NCBI GenBank assembly: GCA_028023455.1
Contig: JAQFVV010000007.1
Coordinates: 2,914,001-2,978,000, forward strand
Direction: 5' to 3'
DNA length: 64,000 nt
DNA from: Epiperipatus broadwayi
Taxonomy: Eukaryota; Animalia; Onychophora
The notes under the pieces: model-generated
Database searches by the model: none
Seen by the model: the letters and a program-made list of their open reading frames with translations, nothing else
What the model was told of the DNA's origin: nothing
Part shown: positions 54,421 through 64,000 of the stretch, piece by piece
Layout: each line of letters begins with the position of its first letter
Numbering within the stretch: the first letter of the stretch is position 1
Position numbers and translations under genes: made by a program

Positions 54421-57115
54421 ACATAATTAAATAAAAATATTTGTATAAAATATGAAAAAACTATTGTTTAAATAAGCTGTCTAATTGCAACTAATCATTT
54501 TCAATTGCTCTTTTTTGCCTGGTTAGGAAGAATATATTGTATCAATTTATTTCAAACATTACATCAAACGTATGAATGGACAAAATAAAATAAAAACAGT
54601 TCAATAATCACATACGATCTTAAGAAATATTAAAGTATATCCATATGTTCTCTTTTTCTACACACGCACTAACATAAGATCAGGAAATAACTTTTTTTTT
54701 TACTATCTCTATCAATATCACAACACCACTTCCCCAGTTGTTTAGTCAGATAGCAAATTCCTAAGTAGCTTATTTTTATGTAATTCTTTATAGTTGTGGC
54801 AGGCAGATGGCCTTTTTTTTTTTTTACCATTGGTTTTCTTATTTATTGTTTTCATTGTAGAGCCGCTGCCCATTTGTAAGCATGTAACCTATAATAAGAA
54901 AGATGTAAAATGATATCCATATGTATCTTCTTAAGATGTGATAAAGTTGTTATTTGAAACATGGCAAATGTAATAACATATATAACGAACGAATGACATT
55001 CTGGAACCAATTAATTCAGTATAACTGGACTTTGCTAAATACATATAGAAAGAGATGAATCGATAGTTATAGGAGGTATTAGATCTATGGTAGTATTTCA
55101 CTTTATAAATTTGTATTAAAGTTAAATGGATTTTCTAATTTTTTTCCATTTATGAAATCCAATTGAGATATAAATTCATAGAAGCAGAACTTATTAATAG
55201 TCAGTGTGGATTAAAATAAATCTTTATTAGTAAAATAACATTCAGGAATCAAAGTTAAAATCAAATAATAATGTAGGGCCAATCAAATAACCTGACCCCC
55301 CCCCCCCATCTCTTACTACTAGTTTAATTGCTCAGAATATTTTAATGAATAGATTACACAATAATTTTTACCTTAAAACATGTTACTGTATTGCAGCATT
55401 TACTTTATAATTCATCAAAATATTAACAAAAACAAAAGCAAAAAAAGTTTGCATATATATACTAGTAACAAAATAATTGTACACAATATTAAGTCATTTA
55501 TTATTCATGCAATGTCTTCTTTAATTCATAATAGGTATTTTATGATTAAAAAAGAAATGTGAACCTTTAAAAAATATGTTTATTAAACAAATGTTGTTCA
55601 ATAATGATTTGTCAAATGGATATTACTGTGCTTTCGGCATATAATAAATACCAACTATTAAAATTTAAATCACATAATAAATTCTTTTGTGTTTCAAGTT
55701 TCAATTGTTATATATTAAAAAGCAAAATATTTCCATGTTTGCATAAATATAAAATGTTTCCTTAATACTTTCCATTTCATACATATTTTTAAAAATTGGT
55801 TCCACTTAATATCAATAGATAAATTAGCATCACAAAAGTTATAAAACAATATAACTTAATATTATATGAACAACAATTTAAATAACACTATGAAATATTT
55901 AAAACAAATTACTCCTGAATTTAATTTAGAAAAGCATTTAAATTGTTTCAATATACCTTCGTTTTTGTGTTGATCCTGAAACATTGAAACTAAAATCAAA
56001 TCAAGAAATTACAAATATCTCAAAATACAATTGTTTCTCATAATACATTCTTCAGGCCACAAATTATTTGTAGATATTTCAATGTTGAATTCTTTGATAC
56101 TGATAGTAAAATACGACTGCATTTACTAACATAAAAATTCAAATATTTTATATTTATTTACTTATCTGCAACTACAAATATTGTTGAACAAAGATGGTAA
56201 AATTTAATTAAATTTAAAAACAACTATATGCACCCCCTCCCCATTTATTTATAAAATATTTAAAGCAAGATCACCCTCATTTCCTAAATTTAGTGAGAGA
56301 ATCTCAGTAACAAGATGAAGTCAAAGTAAACATTTCTGATTTATTAATTTCTTGTATGATTAATTGTATTAAATGGTCACACAAAGATATTTTTCTTTTA
56401 CTTTTTTTTAATTCATTTAACAACTTTAATAACATTCAAAAAATAATGTAAAGAAAGTATTTTGTTGAGTTTATCCAAAATTATTTACTGTGTTCTTGCT
56501 CGAATAAAAATGTGTTTACACTATATTATCAATAAATATGCCAAAGGTACAGTAGCAAAATAATGTGCTGCATTTCTAATTACAAAAATATTCAAGAGTC
56601 AAAGACCTTTGTAGTAGTATATAGAAGTACATTTTTTATAAAACAAGCAGTATTTATCATTAAAAATATTCAAATAATATTTAATAAATTCTTATATAAA
56701 AAATAAAATTCCCACAATAATAACAGATTTGTTCCATCATCAATTAAAAACACTTCACATTTATTAATATAATCAATCAAATTAAATTTATAATTAAATA
56801 CAGGTTCAACATAAAACCAGAATCTAATATCTGGAACATTTTTCAATTCAAACAAAATTATAAAAGGGCTCTCAAAAGTTGCACGAGTGTCAAAGTTTAT
56901 TATTATAACATGAATTGAAACTTATTCACATAATTTTTCTTTAATCGTCAATAAATTAATAATATTCTCATTAATAAGACAACATTGTTTTTCTTTTATT
57001 TTTTGATTTTTCAAATTCATAATTTTCTTTTTTTTTCCTTTATAAAAAACAGACACAAATGAACAAAAAATTTTTTTTTTTAATTGTTAAACTATTTAAA
57101 GTATATTTCAGATGT

Positions 57116-57273
57116 GTGTGAAATGATGATCCAGGCCAACTGATGTGTGCTAGTTCAGCACAAAATAGATATAAAAAAAGGTCATTTATCTTTTTCACAT
57201 GTAGGTAGTCATGTGTATCGATTGTATAAGATGATTGAAGGGAGCTTGAAAGTCTGGGTTCAAATCTCCTCTA
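57116..57273 (+). mobile_element. HHR family 2 copy (solo)
   Basis: gatccaggccaa-ctgatgt-gtgct-agttc-agcac-aaaa-tagatat-a, then gggttcaaatc. 11 bp direct repeat atttcagatgt at 57105-57115 and 57274-57284. Confidence 0.7.
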
Positions 57274-58139
57274 ATTTCAGATGTTTATATATTATTACAA
57301 AAATAATATTAAAAAGTTAATAGAAATGTAATTATATAAAGTGTAAAAAAAAAGAGAGAAAAACTTTAATGATTAAATAACAGCAGAAACTACTTTGTAA
57401 GAAAGTGAAAATTTAAAAAAGCAACAAAGATTACAACAATATCATATTAATACAAAATATATATGTACAACTGTATTAGAGATAAGCTTGACATTGCATA
57501 ATCAGCAAGGAATGCCTATGCCTAGCATGCTTTCAACTCTTTAATCATCATAATAATAATCATGGCACTGATGTAGAGAAGAAAATGGTTATATATATAT
57601 TTTGTTACATTTTCCGTGATAAAGATCCTTGAAGTTATATCATACTAATATAAATCTTTAATATAATATAGAGAATTTAAAATTATTAGTTATAATTATT
57701 TATTTCACTTAATAAAATAAATATAAAAAAATCTAATAATTTTATTATTAGAAAGAGTGTACTAATATTTGTCTGAAGGTTTATGAAGTTGGTATTTTAT
57801 TTGTAAATAAATTATATGTTGAATTATTTCTATTATCTAGTTTAATTGTTGAATTATTTTTTTTTTAAATAAAATTTATTTATTTATTAGTTTACATAAC
57901 AAAAAAAAAAAAATCAATTGACAGTTACATGATTGTTGTTGAGGTATACATAGTAGAAAGAAAAAGAAAACTAAAATATTACATTTATAAAATTAAAGGA
58001 AAACATACAATTGTCTTCTATGACGAAAATGATGCGACTTCCTAGCTGTCAAAAGCCAGAACCAAGTTCAGGAACATTATGTGGGGAGTTGTAGAGATCA
58101 GATAAGTTCATCAGTGTGTGATCAGGTAGGATTGAAGAT

Positions 58140-58480
58140 CTCAGCCGGCATTAATGGTCTCTCCTCTTAATGAGGCACAGAGATTTTTTCACAAACTGCA
58201 CTGGATTACAGGGTGATGAATCCAGGACAGGCGATATCTAAGAAACCAAATACAATGATTTACGAAGATGGCTCTCCTGATGTCTGGGAATCTACCTGAT
58301 GCAATACAACTGATCATAACAAAAAGCTGGGACCAGTTAAGCTTAAAAGTCTTTAATAAATTTAGTCTCACATCATTTAATCCTCTACATTCTTTCAAAA
58401 CATGAGGCAGAGTCTCCAAGTCCGGCTTACAGATGGAGCATATAGGCTTGATTTTACAAAACCCTCTCAAACTTTATATT
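58140..58480 (-). mobile_element. Tx1/L1-like LINE C-terminal remnant
   Basis: CSICKPDLETLPHVLKEC is a CCHC zinc knuckle in ORF 58189-58470. Confidence 0.65.
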
Positions 58481-59224
58481 TTTCTAAATGCATTTAACTA
58501 ATAGTCATAACATATACAATAGTATAAAACACATTTAAAATGGTATTATTTTCTTCTCTTCTTCAAAGTGTGTTCCAGTACTAGTCTAAGATACTTTTAG
58601 ATTAATAAATTTAAAGTTATGCTCCAACCCACTAAATTATTCTTTCAAAGGTAATAATCAATAAATATTGTTTTTAAGGGAAAAGTTAAAGAGTGGTTTC
58701 CAAACATTACACACTAGGTTATTGCCATTATTATGTCAGCAGCTTTTAAAAATTTTATTTTTTCCCTCTTTGTTCAATATTTTTGTTTGTCTAATAAAAC
58801 ATATATTCATAGAATGTGCAGTTTGCTACTAAAAATCTGCCTTTTTTTCACTTCCTATTATCATTAATTTGTAATTTTTTAAATTAATTTTTGATGGAGT
58901 AGCTAATTTCATTGACATATGTCCTTCCACATTTACATGCTATTTATAAATATAATTCTTGTTATTCAGTATTTCAAACTATGGATTTTGTAAAAATTAA
59001 TTTTTTGCAATATGTTATGGTTTAGAAAGTGTTCTAATATTATACAAAATTCAGAATTTTTTTTTGTCTGTTATACTATACTACAGTCCTTAACATTAGT
59101 TTATCTTTTGATATTTGTTTTCTTATTCACAATTTATGGATATATCCATTCCTTGTCAGAGTTTGATACCAATGAACTATTTTTTTTTTTTTCCTGTAAT
59201 AATGGTATAATTCCCTTCTTTTAT

Positions 59225-59682
59225 CCAATATAGATTCACCAACCAATTTCTTTAAAAAACTTGTTCTTTATTTAACTATATAAAAATTTACATTCAATAA
59301 GCAACGTTTCGACTATTTCTATCCTTATAGTCTTTTTCAAGCCACTAAGAAAAAATACAAACAATATTATCAATAAATAATAAATAAATAAATAAATACA
59401 CAAATAAAATGAAAATAAAAAATTAAAATTACAAATATAAACAAAATTTATTTATTTATTTATTATTTATTGATAATATTGTTTGTATTTTTTCTTAGTG
59501 GCTTGAAAAAGACTATAAGGATAGAAATAGTCGAAACGTTGCTTATTGAATGTAAATTTTTATATAGTTAAATAAAGAACAAGTTTTTTAAAGAAATTGG
59601 TTGGTGAATCTATATTGGATAATATTGGTTTTTATGACTATATTTTTTTAAAGAAAAAGAAGAAACATTTTTTCGGGTTTTA
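59225..59682. mobile_element. Young PLE pLTR-type insertion: perfect 177 bp inverted repeat carrying variant hammerheads
   Basis: 59221-59397 equals the reverse complement of 59446-59622 with no mismatch seen, around a 48 bp spacer. HHR variant ggc-TTGAAAA-a-gactat-loop-atagtc-GAAACGTT-gct at 59498-59544. 16 bp direct repeat aattcccttcttttat (59209-59224, 59683-59698). Confidence 0.88.
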
Positions 59683-59749
59683 AATTCCCTTCTTTTATGT
59701 TTCTGACATGATTGGATGTAAAGGCTAAGTATTTTTTTCATCTTATATC

Positions 59750-61700
59750 AATTTTTCTTATTATATAGTAAATTTAATTGAAAAAAAAAAATATTGATGT
59801 ATGTCCAGAATATACTAAAACCCACAACTAGTCATTTTATTGGAAGAATTCTGTGTTGTATTGTGATGTTGTTTTGCAGAATAGAGAATTGTTTGGATGA
59901 TCTATTATCATCATATAATCTTTCTCTGACAATAAAGTGTTTTATCATGGAAGTGTCCACATCAAAACTTAAACAAAATACGAATTCTTTCTATTTTTAA
60001 ATTCTTGACAAATTCCACAAAATACTTAGAATCTCTGCTGTGTCTTATGCCAAAAGATTAAGAATCATTTTTTGACATAGTCCTTACGGATTTTAGGTAC
60101 ACCATAGAAATATGAAATTTTCCTGAGTTAATGAAATATGATGTTTCTGAATAATGTTTGCAGCTGGGATAAAATTTGTTGCCACTGTTTTGTATTCATC
60201 TGCTAAGAAGAGTTTTCTTATTTTTATGATCACATTAAGTAATATTAAACCACCAAATATCACATGATCACCATTTCTTATGCTTGCTCATAACTGTTAT
60301 TAAAACAGGCAAAATTCTCCATGCAGTAGTGCCACTCAATGCAATCCAGAGTAATCAATGGATGCCAGAAGGCTTGTGCTTAAAATCTCTATCTAGTGTC
60401 TACTCATCCAATATCCTCAGACTAGTTTCTGGCTTGTGGCCTTTGTCAGTGAGGAGCCTTGGATCTGAGAGCAATACACCTAGATTTTAGTTATCTAATG
60501 CAACCCTCCAGTAGCCACCCTTTATCTCTACTTAACTACAAAACTATGAGAATAAAGTTGAAAACAATATTTTCAATCTAAGCTCATTAGCTTATATAGT
60601 CATATAAACTGAAGTCAGTTCGATACCCATATATCATAATATTTTCAATCTAAGCTCATTAGCTTATATAGTCATATAAACTGAAGTCAGTTCAGTATCC
60701 ATATATTTTTTTAAGTCCTTGGTTTTTTAATAGCCATAGCCACCACTATCCTATTAGGCAGGATTGGTATTAAACCACCAAACATTACATGATTACCATT
60801 TCTTATGCTTGCTCATAATTGTTATTAAAACATGCAAAGCCAGAAACTAGTCTGGTGATATTAAATGAGTAGGCACTAGATAGAGATTTTATGCACAAGC
60901 CTTCTGGCATCCACTGATTACTCTGGCCTACATTGAGTGGCACTACTGTATGGAGAGTTTTTCCTGTTTAATAACAGTTATGAACAAGCATAAGAAATGG
61001 TGATTATGTGATGTTTGGTGGTTTAATACCAATCCTGCCTAATATGATAGTGGTGGATACAGTTATTAAAGAACCAAGGGCACTACAATGTATGGGTACT
61101 GAACTGAGTTCAAATGTATATGACTATATAAGCTAATGAGCTTAGATTAAAAATATTATTGTGTTTTCAATTTTATTCTCATAGTTTTGTAGTTGAGATT
61201 AAAGGTGGCTGCATTAGATCCTAAGATCTAGGTGCATTGTTCTCAGATCCAAGGCTCCTCAATGATGAAGGCCACAAGCCAGAAACTCGTCTGGTGATAT
61301 TGGATGAGTAGGCACTAGATAGGGATTTTATGCTCAAGCCTTCTGGCATCCATTGATTACTCTGGCTTGCACTGAGTGGCATTAATGTATGGAGAGTTTT
61401 GCCTGTTTTAATTAAGTAATATCCAATACAACTATAGCATTGCATTTGTTAGCAGAAAAAATGTTCGTAGAAGTCTAGATTGAAAGATGTAATAACTTTC
61501 CTCTCAATGTAAGTAATATTTGAATTGAATTGCCAGTGTTGTTTTTTATTTTCCAACATAAACTCTGCTGCTTCTTCTAAAGGCCCTTTTTTTAGTGATT
61601 TACACATTGCTCCCTTCAGCATCTATTAGAAGTTTAGAATTAAGATTTTTATCTGATATTATAGCTACGTTTTTATTTGATACAGCATGTAGATTTAAAA
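59750..61700 (-). mobile_element. Decayed Penelope-like RT N-terminal region interrupted by retrozyme locus B
   Basis: Read across the insertion: SANKCNAIVVLD (like ADKGxxVVxD), then FYGVPKIRK (like YGLPKIHK) and SFDV. Confidence 0.7.
60246..61410. mobile_element. Retrozyme-like HHR element, locus B: about 1.2 monomers joined inverted to about 1.3 monomers
   Basis: Same family as 39429-40296. Tandem redundancy: tattaaaccacc at 60243 and 60768, gccagaaact at 60839 and 61278 (439 bp period). HHRs at 60406-60464 (-) and 61247-61305 (+). Internal ~71 bp duplication at ~60570-60695. 12 bp direct repeat attaagtaatat (60234-60245, 61411-61422). Confidence 0.9.
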
Positions 61701-61849
61701 GTTTCTTCTTTTGATGTTTCATGAAATTTAGATTATGATTTTCTTACTGACTGGAAAGTACATTTTTAATTACACAATCTATGTTACAATGGAGCATCAA
61801 ATTTGGCACTTAAAATTTTGATATTTATTCTTTTGTTAATAGAGCTTCA

Positions 61850-62440
61850 CTTGCTGAAAAAAAAATTCAGCTTTTTCGGAGCAAATTGTTATCTATGAGA
61901 AACATAATGATTTCTTCATTTTTTCTTTTCAAAGCAAGTTCAATGAGTACTTTCAAAACATTATGAACTATCACCCTAATTTGATTCATGGAGTTATTTG
62001 TCATTTTCACGTGAACAGTTTCTTTAAATTTTCTTTTCCTCCTCTGTTCAATATTCTTGATGTTCAAACATATTGCCATTGGTACATGCATGGCTTGCAA
62101 TTTGTTATATTTATTTTTTGATCTTGAGTCAATACTTTGTGCTCTTTTAATTGGTTTTTCAATGAGTCAGCTGGATTAATAAATATATATGTTCTTCCTC
62201 ATTTACATAATATTAAAGATATTTTTTGTTTTTCAACATGTCAAATTTATGTTTTGTAGAGTCATTTTGGCAGACTCGAAAAACTATTCTAATGTCATAT
62301 TGATTGCAGATTTTCTTTAATTTGTCTACTATCCATGGTATGGAATAATAAAATGTTGTTTTTTTACTTCTGGTGTTTAATTGTAAGTGATTACTAGTGG
62401 TATCCACAACTTCACTCACATTAATAGAATAAAATAATAT
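61850..62440 (-). mobile_element. Penelope-like GIY-YIG endonuclease remnant
   Basis: SIPWIVDKLKKICNQYDIRIVF linker, SLKNQLKEH, and VLIELALKRKNEE motifs. Confidence 0.65.
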
Positions 62441-62645
62441 AATGCAGTATGTAGTTGTTTCTATGGCTTCTGTATTTATATATTATTTAAACGATGAGTT
62501 ATCAAGAGCTATATTTCAAAAAATCGTAACTTTTTACGATCAATTATAATTGTAGGATTTTACTTTAAATATATTATTCCCATGATAATTTAATTAGTAT
62601 TATTAATTATAAAACTTTCATTCTGGTATATATATAATCTTATAA

Positions 62646-63765
62646 TTAAATATTAGTAAATACAGTAATCAAAAATTTTGAAAAACAAAAAAATATAATC
62701 GTCACTTAGGAGTATTTTAGACTATCCTATCAGTCTTTGTCAATTAATTTGGTGAAAGGTTAACCATCCAATAATTCCGTGATCTTAATGTTTTGCTGCC
62801 TGCCTATTGATTAAGTCTTGCTTGTATATATTATCATAGCTTCCTTTATTTTCCTTTTATTGTTATTTCTTTCAGTTTGTAATATTTTTACATTATTATA
62901 ATATAAATCAAGAGTACCAATGTCCCATAGAATGGCAGGTTTGAAGTCCTTCTTATTCAGAAATGATAATCTTTGTAAATATTCATCAGATAAAGGTAAA
63001 AATATTGAAATATATTCTAATGAATTGTTAAATGTTGGCTATAATTACAATCATATTTATTATACTATTAAAAATTTTCAAACGAAACATAAATATAAAA
63101 ATAAAAAAAATATTAATAATAAAATTGATTCTACTAATAAAAAAATTTAGATATCAATACCATATATTTCAAATCAACAAGCAAATTTCATAAGGAAAAA
63201 TTTATAAAGGTATATGTGACATTGCATTTTATGCACCTCCAACATTAAATAATAACCCTAAAGATAAAACCTCATTTATAAATAAAAATTGCATCATTTA
63301 TAAAGAGATATGTGGGTGTGGTAGCGGATATATAGTGGAATTGAGATGTACATTGGAGAAAAAAACTAAAAAGCATTTGCTGTTATTAAAAAGGGTTCAA
63401 AATATGAAACAAAATAGCAAAGGTAATAATAACATATCAGCTTCCATTTTTTTATGACCGTAATAAATCATGTATATATGGTTTAATTTCAATTATAATA
63501 ATGTAAAAATATTGCAAACTGAAAGAAATAACAATAAAAGGAAAATAAAGGAAGCTATGCTAATATATAAATACAAGCAAGAGTTAAACAACAGGCAGGC
63601 AGCAAATGTAAAGATCATGGAACTATGGGAAGGTTAACCTTTCAAAGAATTCGTTGACAAAGACTATGAGGATAGTCGAAGGTGCTCCTAAGTAACGATT
63701 ATATTTTTTGTCAGTTTCAAAATTTTTGATTACTGTATTTACTAATATTTAATTAGAATATTATG
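62646..63765 (+). mobile_element. 5'-truncated Penelope-like element with an inverted 3'-end copy and a degenerate HHR
   Basis: ISIPYIS..., IYKEICGCGSGYIVE (GIY-YIG) and KRKIKEAMLI...LNNRQ motifs. 62646-62905 is an inverted copy of ~63490-63765. ttgacaa-a-gactat-gagg-atagtc-gaa at ~63654-63682. Confidence 0.85.
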
Positions 63766-64000
63766 TATTGAAACAAAAACGCTGTTCACGTGTGTATTTA
63801 TTCTAAGAGCTAGTTACCCTCCCACCTTAAAAAACAGCAGATGTATAAAAAGTTTAGTTTATGATATTACAAAAAAAATCATTATTTTCTATAATTGAGA
63901 AAAGAAAATAATAAAGATAAATCATTATTGATTTTATAGTTTTAAATTGCAATATAATTTAAATATATCACTTGTATTTATTTAAAGCTGGCATTTATTA

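Noticed and set aside
56040-56085. Minus-strand ctgaaga...gaaac motif
   Set aside because: No stem II. It lies in what looks like a LINE ORF1 remnant (WPEEC motif).
988-63150. Most six-frame ORFs of 60-147 aa as host genes
   Set aside because: They are low-complexity products of AT-rich DNA or pieces of decayed TEs. Only 29873-30042 has a recognisable host domain with a proper splice acceptor.
1-64000. CRISPR arrays, rRNA genes, operons or other prokaryotic systems
   Set aside because: No regularly spaced repeat-spacer arrays, rRNA-like sequence or dense ORFs. The sequence is eukaryotic intronic or intergenic DNA.

Overview
This is a very AT-rich, CpG-depleted animal genomic window, probably arthropod-like. 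The only host coding sequence I can support is the terminal exon of an Ephexin-type RhoGEF (SH3 C-terminal half, minus strand, 29873-30042). I found no upstream Ephexin exon, so most of 30-64 kb is probably one large intron. The rest is decayed transposable elements: RTE-, Tx1/L1- and CR1-like LINEs, a full-length hAT/Buster, a pogo-like MITE, a Merlin-like MITE, tRNA-derived inserts and several Penelope-like (PLE) fragments. The main signal is at least three unrelated families of hammerhead-ribozyme (HHR)-bearing elements. (1) A non-coding, highly structured ~440-455 bp retrozyme-like monomer, inserted twice as TSD-flanked palindromes (39.4-40.3 kb and 60.2-61.4 kb). (2) A ~170 bp HHR plus B-box-like repeat in four copies, linked to a LINE-like 3' end. 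(3) PLE pLTR-type minimal HHRs, including a perfect 177 bp palindrome with a U3-A8 core. Six insertions share the same divergent (3' ends pointing outward) inverted geometry. All calls were made by eye; no folding, alignment or database search was run.
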